This document shows positions 36,678 through 49,500 of a stretch of 64,000 nt of DNA, piece after piece. This DNA comes from Felis catus. Lineage: Eukaryota. The notes beneath the pieces are model-generated. The model made no database searches, was not told the DNA's origin, and saw nothing but the letters and a program-made list of their open reading frames with translations. The DNA lies in assembly GCF_018350175.1 (NCBI RefSeq), contig NC_058368.1:235106001-235170000 (forward strand), in the 5' to 3' direction. Numbering within the stretch: the first letter of the stretch is position 1; each line of letters begins with the position of its first letter. The translations under genes were made by a program, and so were the position numbers.

Positions 36678-37417
36678 TTTTTTTTTTCTTCCAAGATTTT
36701 ATTTCAATTCAACTTAGTCAGAGGCATCCTGGTGGCTCAGTCAGTTAAGCGTCCGACTTCGGCCATGAGTTCAAGCCCCACATCGGGCTCTGCGCTGACA
36801 GCTCAGAGCCTGGAGCCTGCTTCCAATCCTGTGACTCTCTCTCTGTCTCTGCCCCTCCCCTGCTTGTGCTCTATCTCTCTCTCTCTCAAAAATAAAAAAA
36901 ATATTAAAAAATTTTTTTAAATTTCAAGCTCGTTAACATACAGTGTAGTCTTGGCTTCAGGAGTAGAACCCAGTGGTTCATCACTTACATACGACACCCA
37001 GTGCTCATGCCCACAGGTGTCCTCCTCAATGCCCATCTCCCACCTAGCCCACAGCGCTCCCACCTCCCTCCAACAACCCTCAGTTTGTTCCCTGTAGTTA
37101 AGAGTCTCTTACGGTTTGCCTCCCTCTCTGTTTTTATCTTATTTATTTTTCTTCCCCTTCCTCGATGTTCATCTGTTTTATTTCTTAAATCCCACACCTG
37201 AGTGAAATCATATGATATTTGTCTTTCTCTTACTGACTTATTTAGCTTAGCATAACATACTCTAATTCCATCCAGGTTGTTACAAATGGGAAGACTTCAT
37301 TCTTTTTGATCACAGAGTAATATTCCGTTGTATAAACACACCACATCTTCTCTATCCGTTCATCCGTTGATGAACTTTTGGGCTCTTTCCATACTTGGCT
37401 ATTGTCGATGGTGCCGC
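36678..37417 (-). mobile_element. L1_Carn/L1_Fc-like 3' end, interrupted by a SINE
   Basis: ggagtagaacccagtg...acccagtgctcat...aagagtctcttacggtttgcctcc. Antisense ORF2 C-terminal translation EYYSVIKKNEVFPFVTTWMELE. Confidence 0.92.
36721..36920 (+). mobile_element. SINEC_Fc element with short internal deletion
   Basis: ggtggctcagtcagttaagcgtccgacttcgg joins directly to catgagttcaagcccc. Tail present. Confidence 0.92.
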
Positions 37418-37659
37418 TAAGAATATAGTTTTTAAAAAGCAAACGACATCTCAGTATTTTTATGGAAATGGTTCTGACCTTCCAGTTCCGTGAGACGTTC
37501 TCAGGGTGGATTCACCAGCCACATTTTGAAAACTACTCATTTATTGATTTTTGCCATACTTTAGGCTCTGTGCATGGGGAATTGAGGAACCTTAGAGACA
37601 TCAAAAATCCCAGAGGCAGTGAAAGATGATTGTTGTGGGATTTCATTTTTTCTCAATGC

Positions 37660-38695
37660 TTTATGGCAAAAATTTTCAAACAGATAGTGTGGTTGACTGG
37701 ATTTTAGCATGAATGCCCATATACCCATCATCCAGGTTCTACCATTAATATTTTGCTGTACCTACTTTTTCACATGGATAGCCCATCAATCCATACCTCC
37801 CTCCATCCACCACACTGTTTTATCTTTGATGTATTTTAAAATCTATTGCATATATTGGCACACTTCCTGCTAAAAAACTTCATATCTATGAGGTTAACGA
37901 GACTCAGTATCTATGTACATGTTCTTTTCTTTCAATGCGATTTTTACCGATCATGAATTGGGCAGCTGTTAAGTGCACATCTACTGCATTTTGACAGACG
38001 CACCCATCTCTGTAACCCACCCCCCTGTCAAGATACGGAGCGTTCCCGTCACCCAGAAAGCCCCGATGTTGCCTCTCAGTCAACCACAAATTCATCCCCG
38101 CAGATCGGATTCTGATGTTTTCTACCATAGGCCAGTTTGCCGGCTCTAGGACTTCGCCAAGTCCGCGCTCTTTCGTGAGACTTCTTTCGCCTTATACAAC
38201 GTTGGTGGCCACCGACCCATGTCATGGCACCCAGCAGTACTTGCTCTTCCGTACTGCTGAGTGTAATTTTATTGTATGAATGTACCAGAATTTGTGTCTC
38301 CCTTCTTCCACGGATGCTCCCTTACATCATTCCCAGTTCTTGTCTGTTTCGAATAAACGTTTTTGTGCACGTGTTTTTGTAAACATACACCCTCGTGTCC
38401 CTCGGGCGAATGCCCAGTTATGGAATGACTGGGAAGGTCTAGTGTGATAAGAAAGCTGCTACAGCTTCCTGAAATGGTTCTAAGGGGGTTGCGCCATTTC
38501 CCCGTCAATAATATGCGAGATCGTTGATTCGTTCCAAGTCCTCACCAATGTTTGCTGTTTTGCGTCTTTCAAAAATTTTGGCATTTCTAGTAAGTATGAG
38601 GTGGTCTCATGTCTCCCTGAAGTTTTAATTTTCAATTTCCTGATGACTAATGATATTGAAGACTTTTCACGTATTCATTGGCCATTTAGCCATGG
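37660..38695 (-). mobile_element. Old L1ME 3' region
   Basis: aaaattttcaaaca...atacccatcatccag...gcattttgacaga...actgatattgaagacttttcacgtattcattggccatt-like blocks typical of L1ME antisense. Confidence 0.75.
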
Positions 38696-38709
38696 GGATT
38701 TCTGATTTG

Positions 38710-38990
38710 CTTCCTTCTGCCTGGGGGAGTCAGGGAAGGCTTCATGGAAAAGGCCAAAAAGGCTTCGCAGGAGAAATCAACCAGGAAGCCATATGGTGGA
38801 GGAAGACAGGGCAGAAGTGGTAAAGCACCAGGGTGTCTGGGGAAAGGACAGGAATTCAGATTTGCCTGGAGAGTCAGGCTGCATGTCCCTTAGCAGACAG
38901 TCACATGGAAGGCCGTGAAGGGTAGCTGGTGGTCTACACGAGGTCATAGAGGGTATCAAGAAGCTTACTTTTGTTCAGAGTTAATAAAAA
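38710..38990 (-). mobile_element. L2 fragment
   Basis: ctgcctgggggagtcagggaaggcttcatggaa and the purine-rich stretch that follows are typical of L2 antisense. Confidence 0.5.
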
Positions 38991-39859
38991 TTTTGAGAAG
39001 AAATCTGGGTATTGTTATCCCCGATCAGCTCACCTGTGGTTGGGGGGGCAAGAAATGGAGAGGAGAAAACATCCTCTGAAAGAGTGACGCAGAGGGAGCT
39101 CAGGTGGGGAGGGGTCAGGAGAGAAGGGAAAGGGAAAGCTGTGCGGAGTGGAGCTGGTGGGACCGGGTGGTCGTGCAGGAAGCCGGGGTCTGGAGAGAGG
39201 CCAGAAGGGGGAGGGTTGCAGGGTCCAGACTCAGACCCGCTAGGGGCCTCCCGCTAATTAGCATAACCATGAATGCCCAGCACCTTTCACTTTCCATGAG
39301 GCCACAGATTTCTTCCCTCCTGTGTGATACCTCCTCCTGTGTTATTCTGCTTCCTTCCCTCAAGGCTGCCTGTGAAACACATTGACACCCCCGGGGAGAG
39401 CGGAAGAGCTTTGCCACGTGATGCTAATTAACAAAATAACCAGGTAATCCACCAAGGCTGGATGGGTTCCCATTACCCATCTAGGCGATCAGAACTGCCA
39501 AACACACTTTTATTCAATATGGGAGAAGCTCGCACGTAAAAGAAACTGATGTCGTCTCTGCGGATTGCACCTCAGGCTTGTATTGAAACAGAGCTTCTCA
39601 GAAAAATAAGATAAATAACCTTCAAAATCTTAGGTCAGAGCACACCGGAGAGAATTCTGAAGGGAAATACGGACGATGCCTCAAATACCTCGTTCGTTAC
39701 TAGCGGTCTCTGAGAGCAGGGTGCTCTACACGTCCAGGTCGTACTGTGACGCGGAATTCTCTAGAAAACAGAGGTCCATTAGCATTTACCGGGAGATACC
39801 GACTGAGCGTCAGAGTTAGGCAAACAGGGTCTGCACAATATTTCTTCTCTGTGGAAGAA

Positions 39860-40051
39860 AAAAAAGTTAGAGAGGGAGGGAGCCAAACCATAAGAGACTC
39901 TTAAAAACTGAGAACAATCTGAGGGTTGATGGGGGGTGGGAGGGAGGGGAGGGTGGGTGATGGGTATTGAGGAGGGCACCTGTTGGGAGGAGCGCTGGGT
40001 GTTTATGGAAACCAATCTGACAATAAATTTCATATTAAAAAAAGAAAAAAA
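39860..40051 (+). mobile_element. 5'-truncated young L1_Fc 3' end
   Basis: gggagccaaaccataagagactcttaaaaactgagaaca...gaggagggcacctgttggga...aaccaatctgacaataaatttcatatt followed by poly(A). Confidence 0.93.
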
Positions 40052-40629
40052 GGAGGGAACTAAGCACTTGGGCGTCGCTGCAGGTAAAGATGACTTTGCA
40101 CCTCAGTCCAGGAGTCCGTGGCACCCACCCCTGGGTCTGCGGCACTGACGTGGCCTCGCCTCTCTGTCCAGTGTGGCGGGATGAGTCACCAGGAACCACA
40201 CGACCTTCCTCTCTTCGCTCATTCTGCTGTGGCGTCTTGTCTTCAGCGGCATAATCACCCAGGGACAGATTGTGTGACCTTCCACCTTCCGTGCAAATGA
40301 AAAAGATGTGTTTTTCCCAGGAAGCCTGACTTGCCAAATACAGCTGGCTTCACTGCTTTAGGGTCCTATAATGAGAGAGACCGGCCTCGAGCTCAAAGAC
40401 AAAGAATCTTTAATTGCATCACCTTCCCCTGGTTCTCTGCTGCTATGCTTCCGTACGGGGGGTCCGATGAAAGCTCTTGAAATAATTGCTACTTAAATTT
40501 GTATTCAAGCAATCTCGGAATAATTAAGACTGTAAGTGTCTGCATACTTCAATGACTTAGACCTTCTGAATGTCAGAACTTGAAGCATGAAGATATAAAA
40601 ATTAGTTTTATCTGCCTTTTCACAAAGTT

Positions 40630-40790
40630 ACTTATCCTATCCAGGAGATATTTATTGAGATTCAACTATATCAGCTATGTGCTGGGTACTCCTCCTGGCA
40701 ATGGGGACAGCGGATTAGGGAAGTCAGACTAGATCTTTATTCTCGTGGACCTTACGGTTCCTGTGGGGAAAGATACATAATAAACAAAAT
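40630..40790 (-). mobile_element. L2 3' end
   Basis: atatttattgag...ctatgtgctgggtact...ggggacagcgg...tctcgtggaccttacggttc...ggggaaagata. Confidence 0.65.
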
Positions 40791-42370
40791 TGTGATAAAT
40801 ACGTTCAAATACAAGCCCACGACTGTGTGGATTGAGCCGAGCAGGATGCCTCATCCCAGTCCTGGTATTGCAGAACGGGAGGTCTGTGTCACCTGTTGTC
40901 AGTCCCCACGTCTTACAGGCGTCTCCAGAACTCATGTGGGAGAGGGGAGTGAGGCTGGTTCATCAGAATCCGTGATTCGTTTCCTGATAGAGATGCCATC
41001 AGCTTGGCTTAGCCTTGCAAGTAGCCAAGAACAGTGGACAAGCGGGATTTTGACACGTTCTCTTTATTACCTTTCCAAAATGGAAGATCACTAGGTATTT
41101 AAAGTAATTATGCTATCAAAGGGAATCTTTTTTATCTGCTTGGAAAATACTGTTTGTCATGTCAGAGATCACTGGGAAAACAGAGACTATTTACATGGAT
41201 TGCATTGTAATGTGGTTTTTCCAAGACACGTTTTATTTATACCTTGATTAGTAGCCGTTCACACTGGAGCATCGGGGCTCTGAATCCTGGTCTAAATTGA
41301 GGGAGATCTTGTAAACTACCTGGAAAGCCAGTCTGATCCACTTACTTTAACATATTTTAAAAGTAGACAGTAACTGAGAAAAATGGAAAGCATTCTGGAA
41401 TTCACTTTGGGGTGAATAGTGGAGGAGAAATAATCCACTTTAGGTCTGAAGGGCTCTCAACTGTGAAGGTGACTTAAACCATTTCATATGTTAAATCCCT
41501 GATAATCTTAATGTTCTTCGACTTCACAATCCTGTTACAAGCCTATTCCATCTACTTGTGAAATCTCTCCCATTTCCTGGAGTCATGGATGCATGCTTAT
41601 CTGTCTAATAAGATCAAAGAATTATTATCATCTTTATAGTAATCAACTGAATGCCTAGTCATTCCTTAATGCTAAGTAACACTTAAAACTATTATGTGTC
41701 TTCAAGATCGTACGTTATTCATTAAAGCCACCGTCAATAAAGGCTTTGCTTGAAATTTGTCTTTTAAAATCCATATAAAAATAAGTGTTTTGAGCAGTTA
41801 GCCTTCCAATACTTTTGTTTCTTACCTAAATGAAACAGCCATTTGGAACAATAATCCCGGGCAGGAGTCAGGGTGGAGGAAAGGTTCAGTGCAAGAAGCC
41901 GGTGGGGAAGAGGGCTCAGCTCTTGTGGTGATACGAAGGCACGAGAACAGTGGGCAGAGACACCACTGAGAGAACAGGATGAGGAAATGGTGCCATCTTT
42001 TCGCCCTGGGATCTTCGTCCACTCCCTATTTTATTTTCTCTGAAGTTCTATCTGGCTGCAAAATGTGGAAATTGAGCAGTTGGAGGCTCCCAAGTCAATG
42101 TTATTTTACTACGAACGTACTCATGAATCATCCTGGACCACGGGGCTCTCACAACCAGAAATGAAATCCACAGCCCAGGCCTGGGACCGAGCCATGCCAG
42201 GTAGACCAGACGTCCCCTGCCGCACATCGCAGTCTTGATCAACCCCACGGAGGGGCACACTTCTAGAAACATCTGCCATCTAATCTCAAGCGTCCTGTGT
42301 TGCATTTCCTCTGGCCCTCATCCTTAAGGTACAAGGATCAATTCCTTTTTTCATTAAATCTTGAACTGCG

Positions 42371-43405
42371 TTACTCCAAATTGTAGTCCTCAGTAAATTG
42401 TACTCAAACTCTATCCATTTTCATTCTTTCTCTCTCTCTTTCCTTCATTTCTTTTTTTCTTTCACTCTCTCCTTCCTTCCTTCCTTCCTTCCTTCCTTCC
42501 TTCCTTCCTTCCTTCCTTCCTTCCTTTCTTCCACCTGTCTGCCTGCCTGCCTAAATATATTCCTTTCTCTTTTGGAAATACTTTGTAGGATTTCATCATA
42601 GCCTCAGAAATACTGTAAAAATCATGAAATGACTGATTGACTCACAAGCCCAGAGTCAACCATGTTCTTCAAGCGGCGGAGTTGTAAAGGCACTGACAAC
42701 GTATGGAGGTTGTCATTACCTTGTTCCTTCACTTTTTGTTTTCTGGCTCCAGTAATTCCGACGCCACCCTGCAATGTCCTGTGTGATTCGTGGGTGTTTC
42801 ATCCAGTGATGCTTGTACTTGTAAGGGCACGTGTTCTATGGCACACAGCTTAAACAATTCAGTCCAAGAGACGTGTGTTCAGTATGCAGCAGGCATTGAG
42901 GCGAACATGGAATGCATGTGGGAGCTAGCAATCCACAAAGCAGGAGCAGAGGAGAAGGAAGAGACAAGAATAAGCAATAAGTGTAGCAATGAAGGGAGAG
43001 CCCGGGGGCTAAGGGAAGGATGCCTTGGGGCGTTTCAGGAGCTCAGGCTTTGGAAAGGCTGACTGGTTCACCGGGGGCACTGATCTGTAACTCAGGAAAT
43101 GCAACGGTAAGCAGAAGAAAGGATGAGGGCAAAGACTGGTACTGAGAAAGGAATATATTTAGGCAGGCAGGCAGAGGAGTGGAAGGAAGGGAGGGAGGGA
43201 GGGACGGAGGAAGAAAGGAAGGAAGGGAAGGAAGGAGGGAGGGAGGGAAGGAGGGAGGGAGGAGGGGAGGGAGGAAGGGAGGAAGGAGGAAGGAAGGGGA
43301 GAGAGAGTTAAAGACAGAAAAAAAGAAGTGAAGGAAAGGGAGAGAGGAAGAATGAAAATGGATACAGTTTGAGTACAACTTACCGAGGACTACAATTTGG
43401 AGTAA
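42371..43405. repeat. Inverted duplication with arms 42371-42569 and 43144-43405 and a 574-bp spacer
   Basis: ttactccaaattgtagtcctcagtaaattgtactcaaact...gcctgcctaaatatattcctttctc is reverse-complemented at 43144-43405. The ORF track shows twin peptides MYSNSIHFHS (+) and MYSNCIHFHS (-). Confidence 0.95.
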
Positions 43406-43799
43406 TTCTTCTCCAGTTAGGGAAGCAGCGTCTCAGGGCAGCCAAGCGCCTGAGTTAGACTGTGGCCCGGGGTCTAGGTCTTAATATCAGCCTATTACCT
43501 CAAGCAAGTGTGAAAACAAACCAAATGCGCAAACATGATATACAAACATCCCCTTAGGGCATTACTAATGCTCGTTGGCTGAACATATGATGGAAACAGA
43601 AAGTTTATACTTCGGGCACCAGAATAACAAAGTGATTTAAAAATTTGTATCTGCCTACCTAAACACAAAACTGTAATATATTTCAATATAATTTTATCCT
43701 GACATATTTTACATGAGAAAAAAGTCCTTGTGACAACCCAGTGGGTGGGAAAGGTCCTTCTGATGCTCATGCACTTGAGGCTGTTTCTTAAACAGCAGA

Positions 43800-44175
43800 C
43801 ACTCTCCCTCAAGGCACATTAACCTCAGGGCCTTTGCACTTACTGTGCTCTCTGCATGGAAGGCTCTTGACCAAGCTGGCCACATGGCTCGTTCTCCCCC
43901 TTTCTAGGGAGGCCATCCTCGGTCACCCCATCTAAAATGCCAGCCCTCATCCAGTGCTTCTTTTCATCTTTCCCTGCTTTATTTTGTCCTTTGCACTTGG
44001 CATGATAGCATATCATATTCTATTTATCGTCTTTGTTGTCCGTCTCACCCCACCAGAATGGAAGCTCCACAGAAGCACAAACTTTTATCTGTTTGGTTCT
44101 TTGTTATATTTCTAGCGCCTTGAACAGTCCCTGACGTGTAGTGAATGTTCAAACAAGATTTGTTTACATGAATAC
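43800..44175 (+). mobile_element. L2a 3' end
   Basis: cctcagggcctttgcacttactgt...agaatggaagctccac...ctagcgccttgaacagtccctgacgtgtag...atttgtttacatgaata. Confidence 0.88.
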
Positions 44176-44184
44176 ATCTGAGAA

Positions 44185-44390
44185 GAAAGCTGGTTTTCAA
44201 AAACACAGGACCTGAGTTGGGCTCCCGGATTTTCTACTTACTCCTGCTGTGAATTTAGATACATCACTTAAACAAGCTCTCTGACCCCTCAGTGTTCTCG
44301 TCTGTAACCTGGGCTAATAAAACCCTCCTCTCCATGTTGCAAAGAGGAATAAAGGGTGGGGGGAGAATTGTTATGGACGTGGATGGTGAG
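44185..44390 (+). mobile_element. MIR
   Basis: ctacttact...gctgtga...cactta...ctctctga.cctcagtgttctcgtctgtaa core. Confidence 0.7.
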
Positions 44391-46174
44391 CCCGTGACAC
44401 ACGTCACTACACATCTCGTCTTTCCCAAAGGGCCCCACCTGACACACAGGCGTTCCCATCCAGGGATCCAACACGTGCTAGCAAAGGTCCAGAAAAAAGT
44501 GATGTTAAAAAAAAGCACCTAAAAGTACGAGTTCCACAAACGAACGAGGTGCACAGTGTAAGCCCAGGGTGAGCTCAGTGACGTTGCTCAGGCACGAGGT
44601 TCTTCCCTCCAGACGTACCAACAAACCACCCAAGGAAGAGGAGACCGGTCATCCCCAAGGGTATCTGCTCTGTTTGGAAATCCCCGTGCCCCAAAACGTT
44701 ACTGTGTAAACACCCGCATTGTGACTCAACGGCAGCATCCGAAAGCCAGGCCCGTGGGCCTTCATGCCACCCTGCTTCTCCGAGGGACCGGGCACCGTCT
44801 GCCTCTCCACCCCCTCTTCTCCCTCTAACACAATCAGCTTCTCCCCGGTCCAGTCTCCTCGGCTGTATAACTGATCACCAAGCGGTGACACCATCTCGTT
44901 TATGGAGAAGGACCCCCCCCCCCCAGTGCAGGTAGAGCGACCCACTGCCCGCCGACCTCACTGCCTTGGGAGGCGGAGCCTAATGGGATCCACTTGGGAT
45001 CCACCTAATGGAACATGGCTGCTTTCCCAGAATCCTTCTCTTGCAAACCACAAACGACAGGCAATGTTCTAGTTTGAAGAGAGCACCATTTTTATCGTAT
45101 CTGTACACCTGCTCTCATCAACCTGATTGTGCAACAGCCACCAGTACTCAAGATTTCCTGCACAATGGGAAGATTATTGATATCAGCTTTTATGTGACAC
45201 TCCAGCCGGCCCAAACGGTCTGAAGTAATACCTCCTTGGCTAGGACCCACCAGACTCCAGGTAAAGAGAGCACATTTCCATCCTCTTGGGTAATTAGCAG
45301 GAACATGTCAGGATTCGGTGAACTTGCTTCAAAGGATGTTCTCATGTCAGCCTGTGCCGCTGGTTGGGACAGAAATAAACTGGGTGCAACTTGCAGGCCA
45401 CCTTAACAGAACTTCAGGATGATATTCTCTCAGATTTACCTCCCCTTGTATTTATTAGACAATCTAAAACGACCCAACCATTTATAAATAGTTTACAGAA
45501 ATCGTCAGCACGAGGGTCTGGATATACGAGCAACATAACTTACTTTCATGCCCATGGTCCATCGGAAGCGTGAGATGGAACCAAGATACCGCTGTCTTTC
45601 CACTGGTTTGCCGTGACCTGAACCACAGTGGCAAGTGATGTCATTCTACCCATCTTTCCCATCCGTCGCCTCTGTTCCACAGAGAGCCTTGTTCAAAATA
45701 TAGGCTGCCCAAAAATTGCCCAAGGGGGTTGAAACCTATCTTGTACCAATAATGTCTTACCTCTTGAGCTGAGGGAAGTCATCGGTGAGTCACAAAACTG
45801 AGACTTGATATTTCTGAGACTTGATATTCTGCTATTTCCACTGACAATTTTAAGGGAAGAAAGGAATTTTCAGTAGATGTTCAGCTGTCCGGTACTTGAA
45901 ACGTAAAAATACCTGAAGGTTTTTAGTTCTGACTCAGTAACTAATTTTTGAAATGACAGCAACACCTTGACATATATCAAATGGCTAACTATTATTTTAA
46001 AGATAAATACAGAACATTTTTACATGGGCTGTTTGTTTTCTTATTACTAAGTTCTGAGAGTTCTTTATATATCCTAGATATGAGTCTTGTATCAGATATG
46101 TGATTGCAAATAATTTCTCCCTGTGACTTTTATTCTTGTTCTCTAAAGAGTGTTTTTGAAAAATCAAAAGACTT

Positions 46175-46380
46175 GGAGCACCTGGGTGGCTCAGTCAGTT
46201 AAGCATCTGACTTTGGCTCAGGCCATGATCTCAAGATTCATGGGTTCGAACCCCGCGTTGGGCTCTGTGCTGACAGCTCAGAGCCTGGAACCTGCTTCGG
46301 ATTCTGTGTCTCCCTCTCTCTCTGAACCTCCCCTGCTCGCATTCTCTCTTTCTCTCTCAAATATACATTTAAAATGTTAA
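46175..46380 (+). mobile_element. SINEC_Fc element
   Basis: Canonical body. TSD ttgaaaaa(t/g)caaaaga(c/g)tt. Confidence 0.93.
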
Positions 46381-46879
46381 TTGAAAAAGCAAAAGAGTTT
46401 CATTTTATATAATACAATTTATTAATTTGTCCTTTTGGGGATCACGCTTTTGTTGTCTAAGGAATCTTGCCTAATCCATGACCACAAGGCTTTCTCCAAT
46501 GTTTTCTTCTAGGGGCTTTATTGGTTTCGATTTACATTTATGTTTATGATCTATTTAGAATTAATTTGGGGTATGGCACAAGATATCAAAGGAAGGTCTT
46601 TCTTCTTCTTTTTCTTTTGTATATATGTGTATCGCCATATGTTTAAGAGTATCTTTTTTCCACTGACCCAACAATGCACCTTTGCTGGAATTCAGTTGTC
46701 CATATACATGTGGGTCTGTTTCTGCACTCTGCTTTATTCCACTGATCTATTTATTTATCTTTACACTAACACCACACTGTCTTCATTATTGTAGCTTTAT
46801 AATGAGTCTTCAAATAAGATAGTCTAGCCCTCCAGCTTTGTTCTTCTTTTCAAAAGTTGCATTTGCTATTTTTTCAGCA

Positions 46880-47050
46880 TTTTTGTATTTATTTATTTTC
46901 TTATTGAAGTGTAGTTGACATACAACATTATATTAGTTTTATGCATACAACATAGTGGTTCAGCATCTGTATATATTAGGAAGTGATCATGGTGATAAAT
47001 GCAGTTACCATCTGTCACCGTACAAAACTGTGACATATTTGCTGTTCTAT
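46880..47050 (-). mobile_element. Short L1_Carn/L1MA-type tail nested in the older L1
   Basis: ttattgaagtgtagttgacatacaacattatattagttt...tacaacatagtg...gttaccatctgtcacc. Confidence 0.75.
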
Positions 47051-48064
47051 TTTTTCATAATTGCTATTCTAGATCCTTTGAAGTTTCAAGTGAAACTGAG
47101 AATCAGTTTATCAATTTCTACAAACTGAAGGAATGCTTAGATTTTTATTGGAATTAAGTGGAATTGGGGAGATCGTTTCTGATCCATGAACATGGTCTGT
47201 CTATCCATTTATTTAGGGCTCTTAGAATTTCCATGAAACATGTTTTATAGTGTTCAGCATACACATCTCTCACATCTTTTCTAAGATCTTTCCCAAAATG
47301 TTTCACATTTCCAATGCTATTGTAAATACTTTGTTTTTATTTCAAAATCCAATTGTTCAATTCAAGAATATGGAAACAATAATGGATTTTCATATACTGA
47401 TCTTTTTTCCTACAACCTTGTTAAGCCCATTTGTTCTAGAAGTTTTCTGGTAGAGTCCATGGGATTTTCTACATAGAAAATCATGTCATTCAGGAATATA
47501 GACAGTTTGCTTCTTCCTTTATGATTAGAATGTGTTTATTTCTCTTTTGTGCACTGTCATGCTGGTTACACCTCCAATGCAATGTTGAATAGAAATGGCA
47601 GAGGCGACATCCCATTTCTGCCACTCAGCTTTGGAGGAAAGCGTCCAGTCTTTCCCCACGAAATATGATGTTTCTTCATAGGTACATTTTATCAAGTTGA
47701 GGGATTTCTTTCAGTTCCTAGTTTGCTGAAAGTTTTTTTTTTTTTAATCAGGAGTAGATGTTAAATTTTGCTAAATGATTTTTCTGTATCTTTTGGGCTT
47801 ATCATCGAGCCTTTCTTTCTTAGTTGGTCAACATGACGACTGATGTTGAACAAACCTTGCATTCTGGAATAAACCCTGCTTGCTTGTGATACATTATTAT
47901 TTTTAATATTCTATTTGATGCGCTAAAGTATTTTCTAGAATGTTTACATCTATGCTCATGCATGATATTCATCTGTAGCTTTCTCTTCTTGTAACACCTC
48001 TGTCTGGTTTTGGTGTCATGATAATGCTGCTGCCGTGCAGTGAGCTGAGAAATATTCTCTCCTT

Positions 48065-48925
48065 AAAATATTTGATAAACTCTTCCCCAAATGATATATG
48101 GAGGGGCAATGAACATAGGAAAACATGCTCAACATCATTGGCCATTAGAAAAGTGCAAACACATTAAAACCACAATGAAATGTCATTACACCTATAATAA
48201 AATAGCTAATGTTACACAAAAAAAGTGACCATACCAAAATTTTGGCAAGGATGTAGGGCAACTGGAACTCTCATTCACTGCTCTTGGAAACGTAAAATGT
48301 AAAAAAAAAAACAAATTGTAAAATGTTATGACCACTTTGGAAACAAACGTGGCCGAGTCTTCAAAGGTATAATACAACTAGCATATGACCCAGCCATTCT
48401 ACCACAAGAGAGTTGAAAGCATACATTCCTACAAAGACTTGTACAGAGATGTTGATACTGGCTTTTTTTTTTTTGAACTTAGCAGAGACTGGAAACAACT
48501 CAACTACTCATCAATAGGTGAATGGATACACGAGCTGCTACATCCATATAATGATGTTCTACCGAGCCATGAAAAGAATGAACCACTAATACATGCCACA
48601 AGTGGGAATAATCTCAACATGCCTGTTTGGAGTGAAAGAACCCAGACAAAAGCAGTACACATACTATTTATGATTCCATTTATGCAGAACTGTAAGAAAA
48701 CGCAAACTTCTCTGGAGTAAAAAAGGGACAGAAAGCAGAGGAGTGGGGCAGAGTCTGGGAGGGAGAGATTGCGTGAGGAATCCAGCAATGATCAATATGT
48801 TCCTTTCCGGGCTGGGGTTATAGTTTTACAAGTGTATCCGTACATCAAAACTTGATCAAACTGTGCACCTTAAACATATACAGTCAGATGAATGTCAGCG
48901 ATACCTTATAGTGCTCTTAACCATA
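48065..48925 (+). mobile_element. Old L1M (L1ME1-like) 3' end, non-inverted part
   Basis: atgctcaacatcattggccattag...aaaaccacaatga...gcaactggaactctcattcactgct...atatgacccagccatt...caaaacttgatcaaactgtgcacc. Confidence 0.9.
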
Positions 48926-48984
48926 AATAAATACTGTATATAAAATTTTAATTTTGTATAATATCTATAATTCTTTGCCGAGCA

Positions 48985-49500
48985 AATTTAATGTGTACTT
49001 ATTGTAGATTTGGGAAAAATTAAGAAAGTGCAAGGAAGAAAATGAAAATACTCAATCATTAAACATCTCCAAAATAACTATCTTTAAAAAATTCTACTTT
49101 CTTTTCTTTGCTTGTATATACAATTTTTTCCTACAACTTTAATACTCTTATGTAACCTGCTCTTTTAATTTAATAAATTAAGCTAAGCATTTCACCACAT
49201 CATTAAATCTCCTACAATGCAGTTTTTAATGAGTTCATAATGTACTGCTATTCATTAAGCCAATGTCTTGTTAGATCTAGAAGTTGTTTCTAATTTCTGC
49301 TTTTAAAAATTCTATAACAAACATCTTTACGTATATGATTTGGAACATCTCTAATTATTTTATAGAATACTACTTAAAAACTTATTTTATGTTTAGTAAA
49401 AGAATAATTGCTTAGTCAAAATATGTACAAGGTTTTATAAGTCTCTTTGTCCAGGGTGCCAAATTTCAGGAGGGTTTATTTTTAACAGGATTTGTACTTC
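48985..49500 (-). mobile_element. L1ME4-like 3' fragment
   Basis: tattgtagatttgggaaaaat...tgtaacctgctctttt...tttttaatgagttcataat...gttgtttctaatttctgct. Confidence 0.55.

Larger units (their letters stand above)
36270..37537. mobile_element. Charlie1/MER119-like hAT-Charlie fragment split by nested insertions
   Basis: accattacaggttaacat...tattttccaaaa...gaagacagcggggattctcat (36315-36540) continues as cagtatttttatggaaatggttctgacc...ccacattttgaaaactact (37420-37537). Confidence 0.75.
46015..48063 (-). mobile_element. Old L1M ORF2 segment (inverted 5' part of a 5'-inverted L1)
   Basis: Antisense L1 ORF2: gagttctttatatatcctagata, ctttgttcttcttt, atccatgaacatgg, ggattttctacataga, ttcctagtttgctga, ccttgcattctggaataaaccc. 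Confidence 0.9.

Noticed and set aside
42398..43378. Two similar peptides on opposite strands as a duplicated gene pair
   Set aside because: They use non-ATG starts and are low-complexity translations of the inverted duplication and its microsatellite.
45798..45830. Small tandem duplications (ctgagacttgatatt x2, also near 44985 and 62815)
   Set aside because: Ordinary slippage-type micro-duplications with no sign of function.
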